A stretch of DNA of 39,669 nt, taken from the IMG/VR virus record IMGVR_UViG_3300037470_000328, positions 1 through 39,669 of that record, one strand, 5' to 3'. Position 1 is the stretch's first letter, and each line of letters begins with the position of its first letter. Made by a program: the position numbers and the translations under genes. Shown in pieces: positions 1 to 9,141 of this stretch. The notes beneath the pieces were generated by a model. The model did not search any database. It was not told the origin of the DNA and worked only from the letters and a program-made list of their open reading frames with translations. This stretch comes from a virus. Lineage: Duplodnaviria > Caudoviricetes.

Positions 1-127
1 CGCGGTTTGGTTGTCGATTCGGCGCAATGACCGCGAGCCGATCATGGACTGGCGCGACCTGCAAGCCATCAAAAACCAGCTGGTCGGCTGCGAATGCGAG
101 GCGGTGCAGCTGTTCCCCGCCGAGTCG
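1..127. repeat. Terminal direct repeat, copy 1 (circular assembly overlap)
   Basis: Bases 1-127 are identical to 39543-39669. 127 is a common assembler k-mer, and an ORF reads through the join. Confidence 0.95.
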
Positions 128-274
128 CGCCTGGTCGACAGCGCCAACCAATACCACCTGCTCGCGCTGGCTGATCCTGGCGCGCGCTTCGGCTTCGGTT
201 TTATGTTCCGCGCCGTCGACGACGCCGCGGACTTTCTACAGGCCGCCCAACGGCCACACCAGGAGACACCATAA
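1..274 (+). CDS. 3' part of a conserved phage hypothetical protein spanning the circular join (starts at 39346; 156 aa in total)
   Basis: WLSIRRNDREPIMDWRDLQAIKNQLVGCECEAVQLFPAESRLVDSANQYHL is in frame with the ATG at 39346 (197+274=471 nt). Confidence 0.8.
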   Translation, partial: AVWLSIRRNDREPIMDWRDLQAIKNQLVGCECEAVQLFPAESRLVDSANQYHLLALADPGARFGFGFMFRAVDDAADFLQAAQRPHQETP

Positions 275-504
275 TGCACAGCGTCCCCACCGGCCAGCGC
301 ATCGCCGAGCGGCGAGCGGCCGCAAAACTGACCCAGCGAGAAGCCGCCGCGCTCGTCGGCGTCACCTTGAACGGCTGGCAGCACTACGAATACGAGGTCC
401 GCGCCATTCCGCCGCCAACCTGGCGCCTGTTCTGGATCCTGACCGACCCCAAACCCGGCCTGGCTGCCCGCCGACTCTTGAAACAACACCGGAGGAAATC
501 ATGA
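274..504 (+). CDS. Small XRE-type HTH regulator, KorC/Aca-like
   Basis: RRAAAKLTQREAAALVGVTLNGWQHYE...IPPPTWRLF pattern; AGGAG RBS; TAATG overlap with the upstream stop. Confidence 0.8.
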   Translation: MHSVPTGQRIAERRAAAKLTQREAAALVGVTLNGWQHYEYEVRAIPPPTWRLFWILTDPKPGLAARRLLKQHRRKS

Positions 505-662
505 ACCCGCACACCCTGGCCAATTGGCTGCGCCGCGCGCCGGCGCCGCTGCCGCCCGCCGTTGCGCAAACCCTGATCCGCTGCGCTACCGTGTTTGCGC
601 TGGCAACCATCGGCCAGCCGTCGCTGCTCGAGGTCATTATTCAACGGCTTGCCGGCGGCTGA
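501..662 (+). CDS. Small hypothetical protein (53 aa), last gene of the early operon
   Basis: GGAGG RBS; ATGA overlap with the HTH gene; MNPHTLANWL... Confidence 0.6.
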   Translation: MNPHTLANWLRRAPAPLPPAVAQTLIRCATVFALATIGQPSLLEVIIQRLAGG

Positions 663-675
663 TCGCGGCGCCCGA

Positions 676-1371
676 TTACGCCGGCGCTATGGCAATTTGG
701 AAACAGGCCGACGGCTCAGTTCCAGCCAGCGAAACGTTGCTGGTCCCGGTTGCGCCGGCTGACGCCTGCTCCTTTGTGGCGAATGAACAACCCAGCTGGA
801 TGGAGCCGCTAGAATCTTCCGCGATTTTCGTCCAGCCAGCCGTGTTCCAGGTGAAGGTTGCGCTGCCATCGGTCCCGATCGCCCCTACCACCAGACAATT
901 GGCCACCGTCGTTGTGACCCCGGTAATATTGATCGGGTCGCCGGTCGCCTGGCTGAACGCGGAGGCGTTAATTGGCGTCGTGCCGTCAATGTTAGAAAAT
1001 CGGGTCGAAAAGTAATAAAACCGCCGCGCGATGGACAAATCCACCGTGACGGTATCATCGGAACCGCTGGCAATTTTCCAAAACGCGGCTATTTGCACAT
1101 CGCGCGCCGTGTCGCCAATTTCGCCGATTTTTGACCAGCCCGGCGTCGTCGTGCTCATGTTCGGCGCGCCGCTGGTTGAATCACAAACGCAAATCACCAA
1201 CAGCAGCTCACCAACCGCAACGCCGGCCGGATTCGTGCACGCCCAAGATCCGGTCGTGCTATCTTGCCCGGGGCCGCTAGAATATGACCAATCCTGCAGC
1301 ACCGGGAAGCCTCCAGGCGGCGGCCCGCCATGTTGGCGCGCTTGCTGCGCAACCCCGGCCGGCATAAACAT
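676..1371 (-). CDS. Putative tail fibre/receptor-binding protein
   Basis: Start MFMPAGVAQQ overlaps the upstream stop (TGATG). S/T/G-rich, beta-type sequence; last gene of the tail module. Confidence 0.6.
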   Translation of the reverse strand: MFMPAGVAQQARQHGGPPPGGFPVLQDWSYSSGPGQDSTTGSWACTNPAGVAVGELLLVICVCDSTSGAPNMSTTTPGWSKIGEIGDTARDVQIAAFWKIASGSDDTVTVDLSIARRFYYFSTRFSNIDGTTPINASAFSQATGDPINITGVTTTVANCLVVGAIGTDGSATFTWNTAGWTKIAEDSSGSIQLGCSFATKEQASAGATGTSNVSLAGTEPSACFQIAIAPA

Positions 1372-2366
1372 CAGGCCACCCCGCCGACCACAACCCAAAC
1401 CGTTGCCGAAATTTTCAGCAGCGAAACCACCTCCCACTGTGCGTTCGTTTTCGGGTTGCCGTTCAGCGTGTCCGAGGTTATGCCGACCGTTACCTGGCCG
1501 GCGCCCTTTTGCAGTACATCAACACGCGTGCCAACCGCAAACGCCACCGACGCGTTGGCCGGTATCGTCAGCGCAACAGCCGACGCATTCGAACACGTGA
1601 CCAGCTTGCCCGCGTCGCTCAACACAAGCTCGTACGTCGTGCCGGTCTGATCGTTGACCCCAACATAGCCGGTGCCCTCGAATACCGGCTCATCCTCGCC
1701 GCTTTCAACAATGGTCCAATCGGCCTCGGCGGAAGCCGCGTCGACTTCGGCGACGATCATATCCCCAGCACGCACCGCGGCGGTAAAAAAATCGCCGGCG
1801 GCCGTCACCGTGTACACGTCGCCCTTCAACACCCCGGACGGCGAAACATCGAGGTCCGGCGAATTCGTCGCCGCGTTGTAGCCGCCTTTGTAATCGAGCA
1901 AACCAACCACCGCCGCGTTGACTTGCGCCACGGTTGCCAACGGCCCATCGCTTACAATCGCGTTCAGCTTGGCCACCGTGTCAATATCGGTCGACTCCAA
2001 AAACGCCGACAGGTCGGCCGACGTGACCAGCCAGCCGCCGCCCGCCGCGTCAAAGGTCAAGCCCTCGCCGGCGTCCAAATCCCACGCCACCTGGCCGTCG
2101 GTCGGCGCGTGCGCGAGCCAGCCGCCGTCCTGATAAATCGCGACATCGTCCTCGGCAAAACCAGACCAGGCGCCGGTCAGCGTCCCGGCCGGCATGATGT
2201 ACCGCTCGCCGCCAGTTTCCCCGCCAGGCGGGGCCGTCAGCACGCGCGACAGCACCGCCAGCCCGAGCTTCGCCTCCAACAGGTTTAGCAAGTCGTTGAA
2301 AGTAACGTCGAATTGCGACAGGCCCGCCGCCCATTTTAGAAAGCCGTGTACGTCGGTCGTTGCCAT
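1371..2366 (-). CDS. DUF2793-containing tail fibre/adaptor protein
   Basis: N-terminus AVLSRVLTAPP...RYIMPAG..GAWSG...VAIYQDGGW is DUF2793-like. C-terminal QTGTTYELVLSDAGK...Q.GAGQVT domain is common in fibre proteins. Confidence 0.75.
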   Translation of the reverse strand: MATTDVHGFLKWAAGLSQFDVTFNDLLNLLEAKLGLAVLSRVLTAPPGGETGGERYIMPAGTLTGAWSGFAEDDVAIYQDGGWLAHAPTDGQVAWDLDAGEGLTFDAAGGGWLVTSADLSAFLESTDIDTVAKLNAIVSDGPLATVAQVNAAVVGLLDYKGGYNAATNSPDLDVSPSGVLKGDVYTVTAAGDFFTAAVRAGDMIVAEVDAASAEADWTIVESGEDEPVFEGTGYVGVNDQTGTTYELVLSDAGKLVTCSNASAVALTIPANASVAFAVGTRVDVLQKGAGQVTVGITSDTLNGNPKTNAQWEVVSLLKISATVWVVVGGVA

Positions 2367-4609
2367 TAGCTGATAGCCTCGCTCAATGCTTTACCCTCGC
2401 CGCCCAGGTAATTTAGCGCGCGCACTTCGACCGCGTCGAACGCCGCCTGGGCGCTGCCAAAATCAATCTCCTGTTCGGCCTCGCTGTAAGTGTACGCCGG
2501 ATCCGTGCCGGCCGTGTCGTGCACAACGGTCGTGGCGCCGACCGTAAACCGCAGCCGCCAGGCGTAAAAATTCGCCGACGGCACCGGCGCCGCGCTGGAC
2601 CCCAGGCGCCACCGTGGCGTCCAGCTCAGCGACCAATCATTCGGCGCCGGTGAATGCCGCGCCGCCTCCAGTAGAACCGGCGGCCATTCCTCCTGGCTGC
2701 GCCCGATAAACGGATACGCCGCGTCGGCCGCGTCGCTGCCGGCCTGGCCGAAGGAAGCCGCGCGCAACTGCAGCGACGTGTCCAGCAGCGCCCCGTCCAC
2801 CGGTACGCGCACCGGATTGGCCAAAAATACCGCGCGCGTACCAATCGGATGTTCGGCCGCCACGGTATCAAGGCGCCCCCGGGAAAGAAACTCGCCGCGC
2901 CAGTTTGCGCCGTCAACCGTCCAGTCACGCACCTGCACAATTTCAAAGGTTGACGCCGAAATCAACAGCCAAGCGCCGCGACCCTGCAATAGCAGGTCCG
3001 TTGTTATGCTGGCCGGCGTGCCGCTCAATGAAACCAGCAGCGCGTTTGTCGTGTCGATGAAATCCCCGGACGAATACGGCAACGCGGCCTCCAGCGCGCC
3101 CATTAACTCAGCGTGCCCAACATCGACCTCGGTTTCCCAATCGGCGCCGACCTCGCGTTGCACTCGGTAGCCGTGCCAGGCCGTGCCGACGTCGCCGCGG
3201 CCGGCCACGTAATAATGCAGCGTGTCGGTCACGCCATCCAACACCGGCGCGTCCATCATTTCCCAGGTAGTATCCCCGGGAATCGTCGGCGGCGGTGTTT
3301 CCGGCGCTGGCCAGTCAGGCAAGCCAATGGTCCCTGCGGTGTAACTGCTCTGCCGGTCCACCACCGCCTCGCAGTCGTAGGCGCCGTCAACCCGCACCAT
3401 ACGCACCAGGCGCAGCCGTTTGTACGTGTCCGGCTCGACTTCGAAATTGACCAGGCACGACGGCACCAGCTCGGCAAAACTTTCCGGTATGGAAAACTTG
3501 CCCCAGCCGGCAAACTCGGCGTCGGCGATTTTCTGCAAAATGTCGATGCGCTCGGCGGCCTCTTGCGCCTCCAGGTTGACGGCCGCTTCGATCATGTCCT
3601 CCGAGCGCGCTTTCCAATCTGGCGAGCGCCGTTCGGCGGTTTCCTTGGTCGGCGTGTACTCAGTTTCCGCCGGCGCATAGCCAAGATGCAACTTGGTCGG
3701 AAACTCGACGCCCTGCTCGCGCCCGCTTTCGAACTTAAACTCGCGGCCGGCCACCAGGTCGGCCTGGCTAATCGTGGCGACCACTTCGCCGCCTCGCCGC
3801 ACGGCGACCAGCTTGCCGTCGATGCGCGGAAAGTCAAAGAAATAGAGCTGCATCAAGGACCGGATTGCGTCGCCGGCGGCGTACATTTGGCTCGACTTGT
3901 AACCGCGTACGATAATCGGGTACAGCGCCTCGACGTCAAAACGATTGGCCGGCAATCCAGCCATGCGGCACAAGTCGCCGACAATTTCAGACAGGCGCTG
4001 GCCGGGCCCTTCGCGTACGTCGAACTTCAGGCGCAAATTATGGCTCATGCCGACCCGGTGCAAAATTCCGCCGCCGACGCTGCCCAAACTGCGCTCCGTG
4101 TCGAACCGGTCGCGCTCCTGGCGGTAATACAGCGTGCCGCCCCGGATGTAAGCCAGAATAATGTCAGAGGTCGCCGTTTGCGTTTGCCGGTGATCGTCCA
4201 GACAACAAGCCAGCGAATGAGAACCGGCCGGCAACGTGGTCGTGGTGTAGTCCTCGATCGTCGCGTCGTACCAATAAAATTTGGCGGCGCACTGGTTCGT
4301 CTCATAACACAAAAACGGGTCGTTATTTTGATTGAACGCCAAACCGACCCGCGTCACGCCGGGCACATTGATAATGGCGGCGCTTTCGCCGGTATCCTGG
4401 CCAGTGACCACGAAGTCGCCGTAGTTGGCCGCCTGTTCGTCGGCCACGTAGGACAAAAACCACATTTGAACCTGCAGCCCGGTTGAGCCGTCATTCAGCG
4501 CAACGCCGCCCTCCTCCCAATCTTCCAGTGGGCCTCGGTACCAGCTGTACGGCGCCAGATAATCCGCCAGAACCGGCGCCGAGCTCGGGCTATCGTCAGG
4601 CAGCGCCAT
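2366..4609 (-). CDS. Tail tip protein: separate N-terminal domain fused to the C-terminal part of a GTA-type/J-like central tail protein
   Basis: From about residue 205, RLSEIVGDLC...VRGY...GDAIRSLMQLYFFD...DGKL...RRG and LSRGRLDT..AEH..G.R resemble GTA-type host-specificity proteins. Confidence 0.75.
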   Translation of the reverse strand: MALPDDSPSSAPVLADYLAPYSWYRGPLEDWEEGGVALNDGSTGLQVQMWFLSYVADEQAANYGDFVVTGQDTGESAAIINVPGVTRVGLAFNQNNDPFLCYETNQCAAKFYWYDATIEDYTTTTLPAGSHSLACCLDDHRQTQTATSDIILAYIRGGTLYYRQERDRFDTERSLGSVGGGILHRVGMSHNLRLKFDVREGPGQRLSEIVGDLCRMAGLPANRFDVEALYPIIVRGYKSSQMYAAGDAIRSLMQLYFFDFPRIDGKLVAVRRGGEVVATISQADLVAGREFKFESGREQGVEFPTKLHLGYAPAETEYTPTKETAERRSPDWKARSEDMIEAAVNLEAQEAAERIDILQKIADAEFAGWGKFSIPESFAELVPSCLVNFEVEPDTYKRLRLVRMVRVDGAYDCEAVVDRQSSYTAGTIGLPDWPAPETPPPTIPGDTTWEMMDAPVLDGVTDTLHYYVAGRGDVGTAWHGYRVQREVGADWETEVDVGHAELMGALEAALPYSSGDFIDTTNALLVSLSGTPASITTDLLLQGRGAWLLISASTFEIVQVRDWTVDGANWRGEFLSRGRLDTVAAEHPIGTRAVFLANPVRVPVDGALLDTSLQLRAASFGQAGSDAADAAYPFIGRSQEEWPPVLLEAARHSPAPNDWSLSWTPRWRLGSSAAPVPSANFYAWRLRFTVGATTVVHDTAGTDPAYTYSEAEQEIDFGSAQAAFDAVEVRALNYLGGEGKALSEAIS

Positions 4610-5640
4610 TACACCAACCCCGCGTCGGACCAGTCCAGAACGGCCGAAAAGGTCCAGGCTTTTGAAATGTCCTTGGGAATGGCTGGCGCGAAACGCACCT
4701 GGTACGCACCCAGCCCCGTATGAAAACGCATGGCGCCAATCCCGCCGGACGCGTTGCCCTCAGTCGGCGCCACCACCAAATGCGCCGCCCGCATAAAGGT
4801 CCCCGGCGTATAGCTGGAATGCAGCGCGTCGGATTCGCTCGTGGTCGCATAACCGCCGCTGGGGTTTGTCGGCTCGCCGCCAACCGCACCCAACACCGAC
4901 GTCGAACCGAAAAACCGCGCCCAAGTCGACGACACGCTGCGCAGTTGCGCGCGCGCCTGGCTGGCGTCCCAATAACTGATATTGGTCACAAATGCCGGCC
5001 GCAGCCAGAACGAATGCGCCTCGCCCCACACTTCAACAATTCCGGTCAAATCCAAAGGCGCGCCGTCGGCGTTGACGTGGTCAGGGTATAAACGAAATTC
5101 ATAAGTCACGTCGGCCCATTCGTCAGCCCGCGGCGTAACCGCGGTGAAAACGTTGACCGGATCATGCACCAGCGCCCGCGCCAAAATGTTGCCGTTGGTT
5201 GCTTGGTTCGAAATCGCGATCTCGGTCAGCGGTTGATTGCCGTCAAACGTGCCGGCCGCAAAACGCCAGGTGATCTGGCGCCGTGCATAATAGGGCGGCG
5301 TGCTGTTCGTGTCAGAAATGGCATTCTGCACGCTGTTCGAGGCGGCGAAAAAACTACCCAGGCCGGCGTCGCCAGAGCTAACCGCTTGCGTGCCAACACC
5401 GACATGGCAGTAGGTCGCCAAAGTGCTGAACAAAGAATCGGCCAGGTTATTCAGGCCGCCAACCACCACCGTATTGTGCACCCAGGGCCCTTCGCCGGTA
5501 ATCACTGACCCACGCCCCTTGCGCGCCTGTACCCGACACCGGACGCGCGGCGCCGGCAACTCGAGCACGCTTTCGCCGTCGCGAAAGCGATTGACCGCTG
5601 GCGCCAGCGAAATGCGGGGTCGCAAGCCCTCGACAATCAC
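4609..5640 (-). CDS. Virion structural protein (tail tip), paralogue of 5650-6696
   Basis: Shares HVG.GT, PYY, RFA.G, DEW.D..Y..RLYPDH, RPA.VTN and TG.GAYQ motifs with the adjacent gene. Confidence 0.7.
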   Translation of the reverse strand: MIVEGLRPRISLAPAVNRFRDGESVLELPAPRVRCRVQARKGRGSVITGEGPWVHNTVVVGGLNNLADSLFSTLATYCHVGVGTQAVSSGDAGLGSFFAASNSVQNAISDTNSTPPYYARRQITWRFAAGTFDGNQPLTEIAISNQATNGNILARALVHDPVNVFTAVTPRADEWADVTYEFRLYPDHVNADGAPLDLTGIVEVWGEAHSFWLRPAFVTNISYWDASQARAQLRSVSSTWARFFGSTSVLGAVGGEPTNPSGGYATTSESDALHSSYTPGTFMRAAHLVVAPTEGNASGGIGAMRFHTGLGAYQVRFAPAIPKDISKAWTFSAVLDWSDAGLV

Positions 5641-5649
5641 CGCCGCGGC

Positions 5650-6696
5650 CTATGGTATGCTCGCCCGGCCCCAGGCGATGGTATGGGTATAACTGGCAAC
5701 TTTGGTCCCGTCCTTCGGCACTCCGCCGCTACCGCTCGACAAATCGAACGACAACTGGTAAGCGCCCTGGCCCGTTGAAATTAGCAAGGTCACAACGCCG
5801 CCGCTCACATTGGCGTCGGTCAGGCCAAACGACCAGGTCGTGTCCATGGTGAAGCTATCCGTGCTGTACGTGCTGAAACTCAAAACGGCGTTGTCCAGCT
5901 GCGAAGGGCTCGGCGTTTCGTCTGCCGCGCCCAATACCGAACCGGTGCCGCCGACCCTTTCTTGGTACAGGCTGCCGGGCAAAAAGGCACCGCGGCCGCG
6001 ACAGTCGCTGGCGTCTAAATAATTCGCATTCGTTACCAAAGCCGGCCGAATGACATAATCGTAATTGATGCCGCCCCAGGCAATCGTGCCGGTTCCGTCA
6101 TCGTTGCCGCCGTTCGCCAGTATGTGATCCGGGTATAGGCGGTGCTGGTAGATCAGGTCCAGCCATTCGTCAGAATCAACGGCAAACGTTGTCGGCGTGC
6201 CGCCGCCGTCGACCACCCGCGCGCGGCTGTACATATTCGTGTTGCTGGACTCCCGCGCCATGCCCACTTCCGAAATATTGCCCTCCGCGGCGCCTTCAGC
6301 AAAGCGCCGCGTTTGCGTATAAACGCCGTAATAGGGCGCCGATTCTTGCGCCTCAACGACCGTGCCGCCAGCGCCAAAAGCCGACGTTGATGCCAGCCAA
6401 CTTTCTAGCGTCGTGTCGCCGTTGGCGGCTGCCGTCGTGCCTTCGCCAACGTGCGCATGGTCGGCAATTTGCGACATGGGGACGTCCGCGCCCAACGCAT
6501 TTAAGCCGAGGTCGGTAATCAAATTGCCGAAGAACGGCAGCTGACCGGTCACAACCGCCGGGCCCGGGATCCACAGACCCGAGGCGGCGTCAATGTAGCC
6601 GCGGTCCTTGCCTTTGCGCAGCTTATAACGGCCGGCCACACCGGCGCGCGCGTAGCCGTGTAGCTCAATGTCGACGAATCGCGGAAGTAAAATCAT
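5650..6696 (-). CDS. Virion structural protein (tail tip), paralogue of 4609-5640
   Basis: NLITDLGLN..HVGEGTTA...RRFAEGAAEGNISEVG...YSRARVVD...DEWLDLIY pattern. Confidence 0.7.
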   Translation of the reverse strand: MILLPRFVDIELHGYARAGVAGRYKLRKGKDRGYIDAASGLWIPGPAVVTGQLPFFGNLITDLGLNALGADVPMSQIADHAHVGEGTTAAANGDTTLESWLASTSAFGAGGTVVEAQESAPYYGVYTQTRRFAEGAAEGNISEVGMARESSNTNMYSRARVVDGGGTPTTFAVDSDEWLDLIYQHRLYPDHILANGGNDDGTGTIAWGGINYDYVIRPALVTNANYLDASDCRGRGAFLPGSLYQERVGGTGSVLGAADETPSPSQLDNAVLSFSTYSTDSFTMDTTWSFGLTDANVSGGVVTLLISTGQGAYQLSFDLSSGSGGVPKDGTKVASYTHTIAWGRASIP

Positions 6697-7706
6697 GACA
6701 AGGTCCCACCCTTTGGAATATGCCGGCTTTGGATGCCTTCGGCCGGCCAGTTGCTGTACGTTATCAGCGCCGTTCGTAATTCACCAGAAACCGGCGTTTG
6801 CGTCGTTTGCACGCCCTCCGGCCGGCCCTCGCCATAGCTTAACAGCGCCGTGCGAATCGCGCCCGCCAGCGGTGTTTGCGCCGTCTGTATGCCCTCCGGC
6901 GGTATGATGTAGGACAACAACGGCGCCATCAGCTCGCCGCTTACCGGTGTTTGCGTCGTGGTAATGCCCTCAATCGGGCCCTGGTAAACCGAAACCTCCG
7001 CGCCTGGCGCGCCGCTGGCCAGGCCGTCTATGGCCTCGATTGGGTACGGCTTCGACGTGACCGAAAGGTCGCGCGACCCGTTGACCTCAAATTTGTAATT
7101 TGGGATGGCGCCGCCAAAGTCGGTCAGGTCCTTATTGACAAAAACCACCAACGCCAGGCCGCGATAATATGGTTGATTGCCGACGCCCTTGTCGGCCTCC
7201 AAATCCGGGTCGGGTAACTGGCTCTCGTCGCCCAGGTAAATTCGGATCCCTTCGGCAAACTTCAGCGTTTCAGCGACAGGAATGCCCGGAGAGGCGCGCG
7301 TGTCATAAACCAGGCGGCCGTTTTCCCATATGCGCGTAACTTCCGAAATCGGCCCGTACGGACCAGAGCCCACCCCAACCGCGAACGTACGAAAGCGGCG
7401 TTTAGTCTCGACCTCCGAGCCGCCGCCCTTGCCTTGGCTTTCGGTCGTCGTAACAACGACCTCCGGTGTTTTCTGAATCAGGTTGCCAGCGGCGGCTTGC
7501 AAGCCCCAAAACATTGTGATGGGCACACCGTCGCGGCTGGTCTGCACCGGCGCCTCGTTCAAGCCGGGCGCGGGCACTTTTACCGGATTCATCGCGCCGC
7601 CGACGGCGTAGCCAATGGTGAAACCGTAATAGGCGCCGGCCGGGTTGAACCCGGTTGCGACGAAGCCGACGGCGGCGCCGACTACGGCGTAGGCTTCGCG
7701 GGCCAT
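6693..7706 (-). CDS. N-terminal part of a GTA-type/J-like central tail protein with a repetitive C-terminal extension
   Basis: VQTSRDGVPI..WG...AGNLI...GKGGG...FAVG...RIWENG.LVYD...IYLGDESQLPDP...P.YRGLA..VF...L..FG..IPN..FEV. Confidence 0.8.
   Translation of the reverse strand: MAREAYAVVGAAVGFVATGFNPAGAYYGFTIGYAVGGAMNPVKVPAPGLNEAPVQTSRDGVPITMFWGLQAAAGNLIQKTPEVVVTTTESQGKGGGSEVETKRRFRTFAVGVGSGPYGPISEVTRIWENGRLVYDTRASPGIPVAETLKFAEGIRIYLGDESQLPDPDLEADKGVGNQPYYRGLALVVFVNKDLTDFGGAIPNYKFEVNGSRDLSVTSKPYPIEAIDGLASGAPGAEVSVYQGPIEGITTTQTPVSGELMAPLLSYIIPPEGIQTAQTPLAGAIRTALLSYGEGRPEGVQTTQTPVSGELRTALITYSNWPAEGIQSRHIPKGGTLS
6729..6971 (-). repeat. Three 25-26 aa coding tandem repeats plus a partial fourth
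   Basis: EGITTTQTPVSGELMAPLLSYIIPP / EGIQTAQTPLAGAIRTALLSYGEGRP / EGVQTTQTPVSGELRTALITYSNWPA / EGIQ. Confidence 0.85.
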
Positions 7707-8176
7707 TCGTAAACCGCCTCAATGCGCAAAGCCCAAACAGGGTCCAGCCGGTGATATACCGTGCGCCCGATTTCGCCGTACGCGTGCACCAGGCCCAAGC
7801 CATTAGGATGCGGTACCACCATGCCCACATGCGCCGGCGCAAACCGCGGCCGCAAGCGCATCAAAACCACGTCGCCAAACGCCGGCGGCAAACCGGTCGG
7901 CGGTCCCAAATTGCGCGCCAGGTAGTCGGCCAGCTGAAATGCGTTATTGTTGCGCGCCGGCTCGCGCCCATAATAGGGCGAATCCTCCACCGGCAGCCCC
8001 CAGGCGCGGGCAATTAGCACCAACACGCCGACGCAGTCGCAGCCGCGAACCGTGCGCCCCATATGCAAAAACGGCACACGCAATTCCGCCAACAGGCGTG
8101 CGATTGCGTGCGGCGGCGCGCCCGCCGGCGGAAGCCGGGCGGCGCCCTCCCAGCCTGGCGGCGCCGGCGTCATCAT
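7682..8176 (-). CDS. NlpC/P60 family tail-associated peptidase
   Basis: PFLHMGR...GCDCVG (catalytic Cys), GDVVL, AHVG and LVHAY motifs; follows the hub gene. Confidence 0.85.
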   Translation of the reverse strand: MMTPAPPGWEGAARLPPAGAPPHAIARLLAELRVPFLHMGRTVRGCDCVGVLVLIARAWGLPVEDSPYYGREPARNNNAFQLADYLARNLGPPTGLPPAFGDVVLMRLRPRFAPAHVGMVVPHPNGLGLVHAYGEIGRTVYHRLDPVWALRIEAVYEWPAKPTP

Positions 8177-9141
8177 GGCTCCACCTCGGGCTCCAATGTT
8201 TGCGTAGGCGTCCAAGTGCCGGAGAAATTCGGTACCGACTGCGAGCTCTCATCGCCAACCGGGATCCAGGGCTCGCCCCGAAACCGCGGGCGGTTGTCGT
8301 AATCATCGCCGCACGTGCTCCACAACTTATCGCAATCCGGCCGCGTGTCGAATTCGTCCGACGCCGCGATTGTGTAGCGCGTCGGAAACCGCAGCGTAAT
8401 GTCTGCGCCGTCAATTGCCTCTATTTCCGAGATCCAGCCGGCGTTGGCGCCGCTGGTCCACTTGACCAGGCCCGGCGCAAACGTCAGCGCGCCATTGGGC
8501 CCGTTGACCGCCGGCGCGGCGTTCGCGGTAAAAATCCGGTCAATTTCGGCGCCCACCGTTGCTACGCTGTGACTTTGCCACAGGCTTTCGGCATCGAAGC
8601 CGCACTGCTCGAACTCGACACAGGTGCCGCCGCCGCCCGAGCCAAACACCGCGCGACAGGTGCGCGAATAAAGACGGCCGTAGTTTTGTTTCAAGAGCTG
8701 CTGCAGGCTGCGCAACTCGATGCGCCCGGCCAGGCCGTCGACGTTGCGCACAATGCCCACCGTGCCCACGTCCAAAATATCGTGGCCCATGGTCAGGTCG
8801 CGAAAGTTCACCCGATAGACCACGTACCAGCCAAAATCCAGCGAGCCCGATTCCATTGCCCGCGGCGAAAAATGCCCGCTTTCAGCGAACAACAACAACG
8901 CCTCGCTGTTATCAATTTCCGTGCCGGCGCTTTGGTCCATCGGGTAGCTATTCATGCCGACCGCCGCCGAATAGACCACCGCGCCGGCGCCGTCGTCGTA
9001 GGTCACGTCAGCGTCCAACGATGTGATGCCGAGCACCGCGCCGTCCGGCGCGCTGATCCGCAACAGGTTACACAGGGTCGTGCGGTCGCCTTGGTAATGC
9101 GCCAGAAGCGCGGAGCCCAGGGTTTTTTTTGTGACGGTCAC
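8173..9141 (-). CDS. GTA-like baseplate hub protein (DUF2163 / BR0599-like)
   Basis: DG.VLG.TS.D.D, YSRTCRAVFG...C, G.V.WTSGANAG, and C-terminal CDK...TC...YDN...FRGEPWIP. Confidence 0.85.
   Translation of the reverse strand: MTVTKKTLGSALLAHYQGDRTTLCNLLRISAPDGAVLGITSLDADVTYDDGAGAVVYSAAVGMNSYPMDQSAGTEIDNSEALLLFAESGHFSPRAMESGSLDFGWYVVYRVNFRDLTMGHDILDVGTVGIVRNVDGLAGRIELRSLQQLLKQNYGRLYSRTCRAVFGSGGGGTCVEFEQCGFDAESLWQSHSVATVGAEIDRIFTANAAPAVNGPNGALTFAPGLVKWTSGANAGWISEIEAIDGADITLRFPTRYTIAASDEFDTRPDCDKLWSTCGDDYDNRPRFRGEPWIPVGDESSQSVPNFSGTWTPTQTLEPEVEP

Noticed and set aside
676-6696. Diversity-generating retroelement or shufflon acting on tail genes
   Set aside because: No reverse transcriptase, no near-identical template/variable repeat pair and no inverted cassettes were seen; the paralogy is only at protein level.
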